NCBI GenBank assembly: GCA_025786725.1
Contig: JAHLTZ010000003.1
Coordinates: forward strand, 806,001-870,000
Direction of reading: 5' to 3'
DNA from: Syncephalis fuscata S228
Taxonomy: Eukaryota; Fungi; Zoopagomycota
Length of the DNA stretch: 64,000 bases
Part shown: piece after piece, positions 1-20,419 of the stretch
Layout: each line of letters begins with the position of its first letter
Position numbering within the stretch: the stretch's first letter is position 1
Made by a program: the position numbers and the translations under genes
The notes under the pieces: model-generated
What the model was told of the DNA's origin: nothing
The model's database searches: none
The model's input: the letters and a program-made list of their open reading frames with translations, nothing else

Positions 1-272
1 GTTGTCGCTATGCTTATTTACTATTACTACCATAACAGTCTGCCAGATATGCTTAATGAAAATGGTAACACGCCGTCACCTTCCACCTTTGCGAAAACAA
101 TGAAGCAACTATACGACTCGTCGCTTAAATCGCCCAAGAGTTGACTTTTGATTCTGTACAAACTAAACTACTTAGTATTGTTTCAAAAAACTACGTAAAG
201 CTGTTTAACATCAATCCAGCTCGTCGTCCTACTTTGTTAGAGTACTTGACTCAAATAGCATCAAATAGTTGA
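1..272 (+). CDS. 3' end of a protein kinase(-like) gene, partial at window edge, one 1-nt frameshift near 137
   Basis: Manual translation gives ...LLSIVSKNYVKLFNINPARRPTLLEYLTQIASNS*; NPARRPT-x-x-E-x-L resembles kinase subdomain XI; TGA at 270-272. Confidence 0.55.
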
Positions 273-587
273 CTTTTACTGAATCTCGATAATGAATATG
301 CTTGAAATAAAAGATGAATTATTTACAAACACTTGTAATGATATAATCGATATGCTGCAATATAATATTTATTTTATTATCCTTACATGTTTAAATCCTT
401 CATTGAGCAATATATATATATACACGCAACTATTGGCATAGTACTAAAATAACCATTTTCACTTTAAAACGTGTAATACTAATTGTTAATGTAGACAGCT
501 TATTATAAGATAAAAATGTCGTGGTATCCTTTTATTACACTAAAATATACTATTATAGGCTGTGTAGATGTGTATATATGAAAATAA

Positions 588-3500
588 TTAGCTGCTACTA
601 GAAAAGTCTAACATAACGAATAGACCTGTAAATTGCTCTACATAGCCGAAATACGTTGATGTGACTACGCAGCCTTCACCGATATCGGCATCCGATGCAG
701 CAGGCGATCGTCGACCTGGGCCAGCACTATCCGGTCGTCGTCGTACTCGCTCCACAGAAAAGCCGTCTTCAAGCCAGCCCAATGGCTCGCCATCTTTAAG
801 ATCAATTCGACACCAACGACCGTCAGCATTAGCAGCACAGCCAATGCTTCCTACAGCCATTCGCGTGGCATCTGGCTGAGTGTCGGTGGTGGAGTTTATA
901 GCGTTAAGGCCTGAACATGAATTGGTAATCTGCCACGGCCAGTGGCGTTGATGCAACAAATGGCCATCCGATAAACGAATAACCAAGCAGCGCTGGCTAG
1001 CCATTCTCATACGTCCTGCTTCCGATGCTGTCAGCGAGTCAGCCTCTGAGTCGGAACTACCATTCAGACTATTTGGATCAGCATCGCGTACAGAAATGGC
1101 AGATGCTGCTTGACGATATGGAACAGTAATAGTCGATCAGCACCGGGGAGTGGATGGACACGCACGGCCAATGCTGGTTGTGCCAATTGCCAAACAATCT
1201 TATTTGTTGTAGTGTCATGCAAGGCAAACTGATATTCCGAGTCTTGGCCTTCAAGCTGATACTGCAGCAATACACGATTGCGATCAACTGGAATAACACG
1301 CAATGATTGTGGATCAACACCTTCGATGGCCAATTCGCCTTGAAGTGATTGACGTTGGCCCAGTGTTGATAAATCATCGGCGTAGGTCGTTGTAGTTGAA
1401 GTGCTTTGTGATTTGTTATCTACTGTACGCGAGTTGAATGTATCCGTGCGTGATGATGAACTGCTAGTTGGAGATGCTACTGTAACTACAGTCGTTGACG
1501 ATGAAAACGACGCATCATCTGCAGCTTCATTGGCATTTAGACTTGTATTAGATGTACCGCTACTGCTATTTGTATCACTTTTAAGAACAACTTGACGCCA
1601 GCAAAGCTGTCGACGTGGTCCCCGCACTTCACCTAAATACATAACAGCTGCACGTTCGTCCTGAGCTTGTAGACAGCTGGTGCGTACAGGTGCATGTAGC
1701 TGTCCAACAAGACGTAGGCCACGCGCTAAATCGTAGACAGAGCATGTATCCTGGTCAAATGCCCATCTATGCACTAGAAGCCATCGTCCGCTTAGCATTC
1801 GAAGATTGCGGCCAGGTGGCATCCATACACGCACACGTGCCAGACTGTTTTCCCCGGCCAGATCGGAGGTAGAACGTACACAAAGAGCATGGCGTTGGGT
1901 ACCAAATTCAGATACAAATCCAGCAAGAATTACAATGTAGCGATCGTTAAGACGTACATCGGCTACTCCCGTAAAGGTCAGTCCAATGCCGGATCCGGTT
2001 TCGGCTGCCTTTACTTGCAATTCATGCGCTTGCGGCTGTACACGATGACGAATACGTGTCATGCCGGCGCGTGGATCTCTTTCGGCACGAATAACTGGTT
2101 TATTTTCGATTACGATAACTCGTCGTTGTCTATTGTCTGAATTGGTATAGTTGTTCGTCTCTAGAATTGCGCCCCAAGCACAACCAGCAAGTACACGTAC
2201 CGAATGGCCTTCATGTCCATTACCACTGTAGACACCTGGTAATGGTACATCACGTCGTGTATAATTGCCATCACGCCAGCGCTTTTCCAATCGACTACGA
2301 TGGCGATTAACGCGTGTCCAGTCAACTTGACGCATCCATTGTTCACGGCTAATTGCTTTACTGGCTGGTACTTTTCGTGAACTATGCATATCATTAATAT
2401 CGGCCATTTGCATAATCATAGAAGCAGTATGGCGTGGGTTACAGCTGCCATTGGGTAAAGTGCCGTTGTTGCCTTTTAATGCGCTGACTGGTTTAAATGG
2501 ATTTGTTTTATCGGTTATCGCTGTATCGTTTGAATCTACAGAAAAAAGATTGCTACGATCGCCGTACATACGTCGTAGTTCCCAGCGCAGAAAGTCGGAC
2601 TCAACTTCTCCTGCTCCAGCGCCAGCACCGCCACATGATAGATAGCGACCACGATAAACACGCTCACGTAGTCCACCATCGCTGACAGCAGCAGCATAAC
2701 AGGCGCGAGACACACGGGCAAACGACACGATGGTTGAATAAGCATCGGACGATAAATAGTTGGCTATAAGACGGAATACTTCAAGCGGCAATGCACGCGG
2801 TAAATGGCGTCGATCCTGTGCGCATGAATAGACACTGCCGGACATGGTAGTAAAACGACGGTTGATCCGCGTTTCGAATGGCCAGACGGTGCGTGCATAA
2901 GCCGTCCATGTCGATCATAAGTAAGTTTTGGATTGGGCGATGAGTAGGCTTCATGCTGTTGCAGAAGCGCAGGTGGCACAACTACATACTGACTATGACG
3001 GCGTTGAGGGGCACCAGATGCGTAAAAGGACGGCTCTGATGGCATGCCATTGGTGCGCATTGAACGAGATGGATAGATGTGGCTTTTAGATGAATTTGTG
3101 CGTATATGCCGTGTATGGTGGTTATTGGCAGCATGCATAGGATAATGGCCGGTCATTGAGGCAGCAACTTTACGTGGCTCGTTGACCATTGATGCAGTGT
3201 GTGAATGGCCAAATTGGTGATTTAAAGCGCGCTGATATGTACCATAAGCATTGCACGAACAATTTGGCATTAATTCACTTGCTGATGAACGATGATAGCC
3301 AGTCATATTTCTATCACTCATTTGCTCTGGAGAAGCATAGGGATCGGGCAGACGAGAAGCAACGACCGAAGGCGTCACTGTACCTGAACGATGGTGGTCA
3401 GATTCGGAATTTGCCACGGCAACTGCGTGCTTCATACGCTCTACACGTGTTACCAAGTCACGCCATGTCTCGTCTTCAGCATCTGGCGTAGCTGATACAG

Positions 3501-3663
3501 GTGAGGACTGCATAGAGGCTTGGCTATTGGCAGTTATCACTTGGCGAAGCGGATGTTTGCCACGAGGTGTAGCGGATAGCACGGGTGTACCCATAGATCG
3601 ATAATGTGATAATGAAGGAGACATCATAGAGTCGCGTGGATGGTTAAAAGTATAAATCGACAT
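588..3663 (-). CDS. Intronless F-box protein with long disordered N-terminus and predicted beta-rich C-terminus (three ORFs joined across 1-nt frameshifts near 2852 and 1117)
   Basis: F-box motif LPLEVFRLIANYL...FARVSRACYAAA in ORF 1064-2845; ORFs 2764-3663 and 588-1010 join into one reading frame if one base is restored at each junction. Confidence 0.75.
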
Positions 3664-6200
3664 GTTGGAAATGATGAAATAGTAGTAGAGAATTAGATGA
3701 AATAATAATAATGATAATAGTAATGCTATGGAGAGGAATAAAAGCTTGAATGGATTCTACTAAGAGTGAGTTAACTAATTGTGACAAAGTAAATTGATAC
3801 CACCACAATCAAAAGTGTAGAAAGACGAGAAATAAGATAAACCGGACCGGACCAGCAGTCGGATGATAGAAAGCAAAAATAATAAATCAAATGTTAGCAA
3901 TCTGACCAATAGTTGTATGTAAAGATAGATGTATAGGTAGCGACGTAATTTGGAATGGCCAATGCGCCCTAACGGCACAGCCACACTACAACTATATAGA
4001 TACAAGCCAAGATAGTTTCAGCGGAACGAGGCCTTGAAGCATCCATACTCGCCCGCTCCCATATTTATTGGTACCATCAATTTAGCTGAAACTTACTTTG
4101 AACAGTGGAAGGAGTTGTCACAGATCAAAAGAGAAGCTTTGATGTAACGAAGCAAGGCGTGTTACAAAACGGTTCTGTGTGTATCCCGAGAATTCTCTAC
4201 GGTAATATAGACATCAGACAAAGTATAAATATGTTAATTAATAAGCCAATAGTGATAAGTTGACAACAGGATAAAAAGCCCAGTCGTGTTGTTGTTGTTG
4301 TTGTTAAGAATAAGGCTAGGGGGCAACGGGTCAATTTGCCAGATATTGTGTACTGTTGCCACCGCTTTATTAATTGATGTTACAAACGACCCTTCTGCGG
4401 TGTTTATATATTGCCGCCAACGCTAGCGTATACCAATCCCTCCCACCCACCCATATAGTAGATCAAAAAGTAATTGGCTTACCAGATACAAGCAACGGCA
4501 AGGTAGTAACAACGACTGCGACAATAACTGGTGTGCTATGATCACGGGTGGTGCTTTAAGCGTGAGACGGCGTTTGTCAGTAACAAATGACAGGCAGAGA
4601 TGAGGAATCGTAAAAACACGCTATTGCACAGACTAGAACTAAACGTCTAATAATTGAATTAGTTGGAGCGAGACGGCAAAGAGAAATAAAAAACAAAGAA
4701 GAACTAAGACACGTCGCCGCCTAGTGCAAGCAATGATATTAGCAAAAAGCAACAACTAATTGAAAGTAGGAAAAAACAGGAAAGCCAAGGTGAGCTACAA
4801 TATGATGGAGAAAGAGACTGTGTGGCGATGGGCGGATGGAATTCTTTTATCTCCACGCACACACAAATACACCACCTCCAAATCTATACACACTATGCAA
4901 GTGCACGCGCTTGTCTATATCTTTAGATAGCCTGCCCACGAGTTGGCGGTTAATTTTACCGAATAATCATGGATAGTAGTATCATATGAAAATTAAAAAA
5001 AGCCGTGCTGTCTATTATGGCAGTGGCCACGGCAATGATTATTTGCCAATATTGAGTCGATCCCTTGGCGCAATGACCATCACTTATCCATAATTGTCTA
5101 CTTACCGATGAACGGGTTATTGACGTCAAAAATAAGCAGTAATAAAGCACAGTGTCAGTTTATTGTTAGATCTAAATAGTGTGTTGGCAATGGGGGTATG
5201 GAGTAAAGGACAAAGTATGAATAGTAGTGGCGGCGTTGCACAGGCGTGGCTGTTTAAAAGACTTCAGATAATGTTGCAATGGTGTATTTAAATGACGAAG
5301 CGAAGCAAGGCAAGGAACGAATATACTGGTATATGTATGTCGTTTTACTTCTAGACCACTGCGACGCAGCGTATGTACCGCGTCTTTGGCCGCAATTAAA
5401 GCATGGCCGTTTCAATCCAGCACTAATAGAGAATAGGTAGGATAGGACAGAATAGATTAGACGGCAGTAGGACTGCATGAGATGAGGGGCCAAGGCCAAC
5501 TTGTCTCACTCGCATGTGAGGCTGGAAAAGCCTAAAGGATAGGGCCTCGCCGTTCGCGGCTATTAGTGCTACACCGTTGACTGAAGTGGCAATCGTGCAC
5601 GATCCAAGGATCCAAGGAGACTTGCTACCGCGATGTTATTGTTGCGAGTCACAAAGCAGCTAGAAAGACATGTCAGCTGTGTTAAGGCAATAGTCGGAGA
5701 TAGAAAAGACAATCTAAAGAATCCAGTAAGATGTTGCATCTGTTGATTGTGAATGTGTTTGTGTTAAGCCTTAACAAAAAACGATTGGAGCACACGCGTA
5801 AATAGGCAACTGCGGTGCTACAATTAACTAGAGTCATAGTCATTGCCATTCAATGATATCTGTTACACATCTGCATCACTGTACAGCTATTGCTTGAAGT
5901 ATGATTAACAATGATTTTGAGTATATTTGTACACTTTGTTAATATCTTTATTATTGTTTGCGCTGTTCTGATATCATGAAAATGTAATGTACATTTGTTG
6001 ATTAAACACTTGAATTATAGTGCTATAAAATAGTATTAATTAATGACTAATTATGTATACATTAATATTCGTATAGTGTTAAATTGAAGTAGTGTTCATT
6101 TATCCGATATAGTATCTATTGTTCAGCATAATAGCACATGATTAGTCATTGTCACTGATAACTATAACTGGTTATTGGTACCAAGCCGTTAATTAAGAAT

Positions 6201-7348
6201 TTATTGGTTAAAAGACAAGGCCAGGAACGAACGCAATTGGCTTAGTGCTTGTATTGTAGACATACAGTTTGAGGTGCTTTCCGTTAACGTTTTAACAACA
6301 TGGAAAAGTGGAACAATCACTTTGACTAGACGAGCCATGTGATCCGGTGTTATGTTTGCTTGTTTTAACCATAAAGTTTTGATTTAATGGATCGTTCCAA
6401 AGCCTTATACCACTCTTCGTATGATTTGTTTAAATCGCTAAATGGACTAGAACCAACATAATCAGTGATTATGTTGGCAATAAATTCATTATCATTCTTG
6501 CAGGGAAATACAATCGTTTAGTGGTGGGTGGTTTGGTAGGCTTGCCAGTTTTTGGATTAATGGTAGCCACTGGATTTAATGGGATACTCGAGTCGTAATC
6601 AATAACAACTGCTCTCATTCGACCATTAGCTAATCCTTATAAACCATGATATCTGTATTTAATAATTAAACATTTGTTTTTAAACAACAAACAAATAACG
6701 TACTTTTGGCGGCTATATCATTATGCTCAATGCCGGCCTCGTGTAAGTAAATAGCACCTAGAAGCAGTTGGTAAATATTGGTTATTGTACATCTACACTA
6801 TCTACCTTCAAGTATATCTGGCAACAATTCGACAAAATAGTTGATTTCATCATATAGAGTATTGGCAACCATTTTACCTAACTCAACGCCATCAACCAAG
6901 TTATAAACCACACAATCAAGTGTTACAGTTTTTGATTTACGACGTTCGTTGATTACAAATCTATCAAGTGGATTCAAAGTACTGTCTTGTCCTATTTCTT
7001 TTTTAGCTTTTAGTTGATTTTTAGCCGTCACGAGCATCTAATTTCACTATTAGCTAGTCATTATATTTAACACACTGGTGTATTATTACATCGTAAGCCA
7101 TAACTTCTTTCTGAAGCTTGGGTCCGCATTTGAGAAAAACAGGCTTCTTGTTTTGAAATGCGTGGCAATACCTTGTTTAGCATTACCGCTCCATTTATAT
7201 CAGTTAATCCACGGTATTCCGGATTACTGTCTAGAAATTGTCGACCAGCTGCATCTTTCGAATTACTACCTAAATTAGTTTTAACCATTAACACACAATA
7301 GTTAAAACAATCAAATAATATTACCATCAAGAACCCCGTCAGTAGCAT
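6201..7348 (-). CDS. Putative secreted protein-kinase-like protein (divergent; introns and frameshifts; may be a pseudogene)
   Basis: Hydrophobic N-terminus MLLTGFLMVILFDCF; catalytic-loop-like YLHEAGIEHNDIAAK(N)IMV at ~6650-6760; DFG-equivalent AVVIDYD at ~6590-6615. Confidence 0.6.
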
Positions 7349-8141
7349 GCGTTAGTAGTGCGTTAAAGAGTAAAGTAAGCGCAGTGATCGATGCAAAGTT
7401 ATAAAACCTAAGCATATTAGAAATGATAGACTGTAAAAACTAATAATATTGAAAAGAAAATGAAAGGTTTGAAATAAGTAACAAAACGAGAGGATTGAAG
7501 CCATCGACAATTCAGTGTTTTATTTAAGTCGTAAAGAAAATTTTATATCCCAGCTATTCAAAAAAATAAAAGCATTTATATAAATGGTCAACTACTATTT
7601 TCAAATTCCATAAAAATAAATAAATTCAAAAGCATATTGTACTTTGCCACTTCTTGAATATTGCCATATACTACTGATTGTACAATTCATGGTTTATGAT
7701 GAAAAACATATATACTAATGGCTAAAATAATACAGCTATTATATTAATTATTAATTATTAATTATTAATTATTGATACTCTAGACTAAATGTAGTGGTAC
7801 TACGTATATTTATACTACAGCTACATTTCTAGTATAAATAATAAATGAACGAAATAATATAGACGAATACACAATTTTTATAATTCAAATTTGATAATGT
7901 TATGTTATAAAATAATGATTTCCCTTAATTAACAATTCTTGATAATCAAATTGTTTGTTAATTTATAAACATATATTAACAAAAAGTAATAAATTATATG
8001 ACAATATGATAAATTTATTACAATTGATGTTTAGCCAAATAACGATGATAACAGTTTTACTAATGGCCAATCAATGAAATAATAAATAAATGGCCGACTC
8101 ATTATTAGCGTTATTTTATTTCTTGTCTTTACAACATCACA

Positions 8142-11722
<3,581 letters not shown>

Positions 11723-11805
11723 GGATCAATAAATTATATGTAAATGTCAATCATCATTATGATCTTCATCATTTATTAATGACTAACGTTATTGCATTCC
11801 ATTGT

Positions 11806-14240
<2,435 letters not shown>

Positions 14241-14516
14241 AGTAACAGTTGAAATAATATTGGTCAACTAATATTCAGTACCAGTATCACTGACAAGTCA
14301 ATAGTCAATAGTCAATAGTCAATATAGTCAATAGTTAAAAAGAGAAAGCAGTGTAAAAAGGGTCAATCAATGGCTATGTGTGAGTAGATGAAGCATCACA
14401 TCTATCTATAATAAATTGTACGTCATTGTTAAGTAAAAATATTGAATTTAATTTAATTTCTGATTTTGATTTGATTTAATTTTTGATTTTTATTTCTCTT
14501 TTCTGGCTGTTGCATT

Positions 14517-17500
14517 ATGAAGAATCTAGCTTTATTAACGGAACTGTCCCATCGATTGCCGTCTATTGAGGCCAATGACGGTACTAGTCAGAGTACAGCA
14601 CAGTTATGCCTTGATACAGTGAATGGACGAGTCTATACCGTTCAGTGTCAAGTGGACGGTGTGGTCGCTGTACGATTAGTGCCAAATGTCGTGGTAATTA
14701 ATATCAATAACCAATATAAATAAGTAGTCTACTAATAGCAGTTGTAATAATAGGGAGAATCAAATAATGGCGCTTCTATCAATGAGAATGACGATAACAT
14801 TGTTATAGAGTTTCCTATTGAAACTAATGATATGAATGGTGATACGGCTTCTTGTCAAATTGTACACAGTCGATATCTTGCCGAATATGAAATGATCTGT
14901 ATTGCACTATCAACTGGTGAATTGTATACAGTTCAACTTGGTAATCCACTGCGCCATCGGTCAGTAATAAGTTTATATTATATGTTAACAAGCTATTAAT
15001 TGTATAGCTGTATAGGCCGAGTGTGTTGGTCATTTCGAGTCTGGTATTAAGAGTATGGCCTGGAGTCCAGATGAAGAGTTATTAATCATTGTTACTGGTA
15101 ATAACACAAATGCCATATAATATATAATATATTAATATTTAATATTTAATGTATAATATTTATTTATGTAAATAGGTGCGGATGAATTACTACTTATGAC
15201 AAGTGAATTTACAGTTATTACTGAGAATCCATTACACACAACTGACGAAGGAGAAGGTAAATGATTGATTAGTATAATAATCTGTAAATATACTAATGTA
15301 TTGGATAATATGCTATTAATAGATAAGGCCGTTAATGTGGGATGGGGAAAGAAAGAAACACAATTTCATGGATCACTTGGTAAACAAGCAGCATTAACAC
15401 CATCATCAGTTTCTGTATCTTCTATTAAACGATCATCGGATGACTATGGAGCCATTACAGTTAGTTGGCGTGGAGATGGTAATTATTTTGCATGTTCTTC
15501 ATTTGATCCACGTCGTGGTAAGTATTAGTATAATATAGTATAATATAATATACAAATAAATATTTATATATTAATAGGTCATCGATTGGTACGTGTATTT
15601 AATAGAGAAGGATTATTACAGAATACATCAGAACCTACAGATGCTCTATCTTCATGTCTCAATTGGCGGTAAGCATGACTATATGTAAAGTAACTGTAGT
15701 AATCTTTTAATAGTCCATCGGGTAATTGGATTACTACTTCACAACGTCAACCACATCGACAAGTTGTATTGTTATTCGAACGTAATGGATTAAAGCGACA
15801 TGAATTCCTCTACCAGATAATGAAGCCATTGTAAGTAATTATAAATAGATGGTAATAGTATTTAATGTATATAATTAGGTAAAATCTGTTTATGGAATGC
15901 TGATTCAACTGTATTGGCCATTTGGTTAACACTATCTAATAAGCAACAAGGTATGTCATATAATAGTATTAATAATAACAATAACAATGACAATAATATA
16001 GTTATCCAATTATGGACTACAAGCAATTATAAATGGTATTTGAAACAGAGTCTGGAATTAAATAACATTTTGGACTTTCAATGGGATATTGAACGACCAT
16101 TAAGGCTACACTTATTAACACTGGGTAATGAATTGTATAAATAGTATACTAGACTTATTATTATATATATAATATAATATAATATAATATATTAGATGGA
16201 TATCAATGCAACCAATATGTATGGGATACAGCAGCCAGTCCTGGATATAGTGCAGAGAATGCATCTCTAGTATCGGTTATTGATGGACGTATCCTTTAAT
16301 ATTGATTGAATAGTCTCTATTTATTAGTTATATTTTAACTCTAATATGGATACTCTAATGACAATTAGATCAATTACTATTGACGCCATTCAAGTTAATG
16401 AATGTACCACCACCCATGTCAGCCTACAGTATAACGACACTGTCTGAACATGGACCTATTAATCATGTTACCTATACTTATGATCAACATGGTCATAATG
16501 ATTTAACTGTTCAATGTCAGAAGAGATATGTTGAACTATATTCATTTGCTATAGATGGTATTCGAAAGGCACCACGTCTTGTAGGATCAGTGGAGTAGGT
16601 TGACTTATTATAGTGTATTGTAGATAGTTAACATCATTTATACTAGATTACCTAAAGGACAGTCATGGCGTCATATCTATTCAATCCATCGACTACAAGG
16701 CGATTATATACTTTTAGCATTAACAAATGATCCTGAGACACGACAAGATGTATTGGCGTTTATTGTAATATCTCCATCTAATGAGGAGAAGAATCAATGG
16801 ATCATTGAAGATGATGCTGTACAGTATAAACAACTGGTCAGTCCAGTCATTCGTCTTACCTATGACTATCATCGATCCTGTGCAATTCTTGAAGATATTT
16901 ATGGACATATTTATACGGTGAATATTGGTAAGTTGTAATTGGCTCTATTTGTTATATAGTTACTAATGAAGTGTAGATAATATTGAGGATAATGAAGTAT
17001 CAACTGCAACATTATCGGTGAATATTATACCCCGAATGAGACTGGTAGAGCCATGTCCTTGGATTAGTGTATTACCATCCAATTCTACTTATTCAGTTAG
17101 TATACCTAATATAATTAGTATAATTTAATTAATTAATATTTGAATGTTATTATTATTATTATTATTAGGATCAAATTATTGGATTGAGTCATAGTGGTAA
17201 ATTGTATCTGAATGGGACATTGATTAATGCGAGTTGTACATCATTTGTTGTACATCATCAATTCCTATTGTATACGACGTATCAACATGAATTACATGTA
17301 TTGCCGTTATCAGATTTGACTTTATTAGAATCTCGTAGGTTATTTACTAGAATATATATATATAACATAATATTAATGTAAATAATACGATTAAAGCTAC
17401 CAGTAGTGAGAATAAGCGTAAAGTTGAACGAGGTGCTCAACTTGTAACAGCGCATGCTCATGGTGTGGCAGTCATTCTTCAAATGCCTCGTGGTAATTTA

Positions 17501-20252
17501 GAGACAATTCATCCACGTGCTATGGTATTGGCATCAGTGGCCGAGAGATTGGATAGGTACAATATTTATATTTACATGATTGACTATTAATGCGTATTCT
17601 ATAATAGTCGGGACTATTTGGCCGCCTTTATCGATTGTCGTCGTCATCGAGTCGATACCAATGTATTGCATGTACGTCATCCTCAACAATTTATAAAAGA
17701 TTTGGGCGAATTTGTAAAACAATTGGAACAAGTTGATTATTTGAATTTATTCATGTCAAATCTAAAGTAAGCAACTATTATTTATATTATTCATATTGAA
17801 TATTAATAGTGTTTAATGCAATACTATGAATATTAGACCGAATTTAAATGATCCAATGCCCATGTCACCTGATGCTATTGCTACAACAGCCATGTAAGCG
17901 ATTATTCTTGTAGAATGTCGTAATACTATATTAGAGTATAATAGCTAATTATATGATTAGTGTTAATTCGGTTAATGATATTTGTGAAGCTATGATTGAG
18001 CATCTAACTCAATTAGATGAACAAAAGTAAGTCACTAGATGGAACAGTTTAATGATTATATTGTTCTTACAGTGTATTAGATATCTACAAACAATATTAA
18101 TCAGTTATATTCGTAAAGATCCTACCGATATTGTAGGTGCTTTATCGGTGATTCGACAATTACAGCGTAAGATTCTTTTTTAGTTAAATGTATTGACCAA
18201 CTAATTAATCGTTTAATATTATAGAACGAGGTGTTATGAATGCTGGACAATTAGGTGGCGCTATTCAATTTATTAGTGTTATGGTCGATGTGAAGCGTCT
18301 CTACGATGAAGCATTGGGCATGTATGACTTTGATCTTGTATTAATGATTGTACAGAATTCACATTTGGTAAGTATCTGGTCTTTAAACAGCAACTATTGG
18401 TTATAATAATGTATGGAATATAGGATCCTCGTGAACATATACCATTCTTGAACGAGTTGAAGGCATTGGCTCCATGGTATCGACGATTCCGTATTGATGA
18501 TCATTTAGGTCGACATGTTAAAGCGATGGAGAATTTATGGGCAGCCGGTAAGATATAAACTGTTATAAATAGATAGTGGCCCAATAATAGCTGATAACAA
18601 ACATAGGCGAGGATTACACGGATGAATGGGTCGCTTATGTAGCAAAATACCAGCTATTTGAATCGGCTTGTAATGTTGCAGCATCTAATCCATTAAAATT
18701 AAAAGTAAGTATGGTATAGTGTAGTTAATAGTATCTAATGCCATTTATTCTAGTTGATTTATGGTGCACAAGCCACTTATTTGAAAGAGTCCAAGAATAT
18801 TCTAGGTGCTGCTCAAGGTAATAGAGCAGCAGTGAATGTAATATAGTATTTAATGAATGTGTAATCATTAGCCTATCAATTGGCCCACCAATTTGATCAT
18901 GCTATCGATTGTTACTTGGAGGCAAATCAATGGTGTGCCATGTTTAGTATTGCTCATCAACAAGGCTATACACGGGCACAACTAGTAACACTGGCCCGTA
19001 AATCAATAGGTAAATAGGCTATTTAATGGTAGAAATAGTATATTAATATTAATATTAATAATAATAGATAATCTGTCAAATGAACGTCGTTATAGTGATG
19101 CTGCCACTTTGGCCGATGACTATTTACAGGCAAGTAGCTAATAGAATAGAATAGATATAAATATAGTATATTAATTTATGCTTTAGGATGCTGAAATGAC
19201 GGTATCTCTGCTCATTAGTGGTGGTCAATGGATTGAGGCGGGCCGTAAGGTATGTAGCTACTTTGCTATTAAGTTTATATAGATGTATAGGTATATGTAT
19301 TTATTATTGGTTATAGGCTCGACTTCAAGGTAGAAATGATTTGATTGAAACATGTGTATTGCCAGGACTTGAAGAAGGTAATTAATAGAATAGACCAGTA
19401 ATGCTATAATTGCTTATTTTATTTATTATTAGGCGTGGATCGCTTGATTGAAGATATGGAAACAGCCGAGACACAGTTAGATAAACAATATCCACGTTTA
19501 TTAGAACTAAGAAAGGAATTTCTACAACGACCAAGTAAGTTGTTAGATTAGCGAGATATGCATATATTAATGTAGGATAAATAGTCCATTTAGATGAACC
19601 AAATGCTTTATTGGACGATGTGGAGATACAAAGTGGCAGTACAGCTTTAACGAGTCAATTCTCTCGATTTACGCTAACTACTACAACAAATACCACTCGG
19701 TAAGTGTATTATTACTATATTGTTATTATTGTTATTAATCTATGGGTATATAGATCGGGCAAGTCAAGTAGATCAAAGAAACGAGAGGATCGTAAGAAAC
19801 ATCGTGGCAAAAAGGGAACTGTTTATGAAGAACAATATTTGATGGAATCATTACAGAAACTACGTGATCGTATTGTTAAAATGAAAGGTAAATTGATTGA
19901 TGTATATATATATATATATAGATAAAGTAATAATATAACGAATTACTATATTGTTATATAGAGGAAGTTGATGGTATGATGGCCAGTTTAGTAGTTATGA
20001 GCAGATAGAACTGGCCGCCAAGTACGTTCAACCTTTGCCGCATTGATTCAACGTATGGGCGATCCTACGCTTAGTGATGATCTATTGAGTTCAAGTCGAG
20101 TCATTCCGGTAAGATTGATGAATAGCTATATACAAGAAAGACAGTATATTAATTAATGCTGTATTTATTAATGATAGCTTGATCCGTCAGAAGCTGATAA
20201 AGTAGAAAAAGAGGATAAGCAAAAGTATAGATGGCAGGCTATTCCTGTATAG
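14517..20252 (+). CDS. ELP1: Elongator complex subunit 1 (Elp1/Iki3), highly intron-fragmented
   Basis: VGWGKKETQFHGSLGKQAA, VSWRGDG, QMPRGNLETIHPR, ALGMYDF, basic tract RSKKREDRKKHRGKKGTVYEEQYL. Confidence 0.95.
16289..16368 (+). other. Candidate U12-type GT-AG intron in ELP1
   Basis: 5' end GTATCCTTTAA; removal gives VSVIDGH-QLLLTPFK; branch site only partly U12-like (TACTCTAAT). Confidence 0.6.
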
Positions 20253-20419
20253 TTGATACAGATTGAGCAAGCAATACAGAATGAACTTTATTTATAGTGG
20301 CGCGTGATGGAGATATCTATAGATAAACGAGTTTATTCAAGTTTATTGGTGAATAAATAGTGCATACGATATGCAGATAATAAATAAACACTTACTTGTG
20401 GCCAATACTAAGTTATATT

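Noticed and set aside
524-558. GTATCCTTT followed by CTAA and TAG
   Set aside because: Intergenic between convergent gene ends and only ~35 nt; no exon context
3775-5499. Short ORFs in the long region upstream of the first F-box gene, and the many antisense/overlapping 60-130-aa ORFs in the track
   Set aside because: No recognisable motifs or splice structure; most are shadows of real exons or random ORFs
14296-14336. (AGTCAAT)n heptamer run in the DLD2/ELP1 divergent promoter and other AT-rich microsatellites
   Set aside because: Simple slippage repeats common in this AT-rich sequence; no functional evidence
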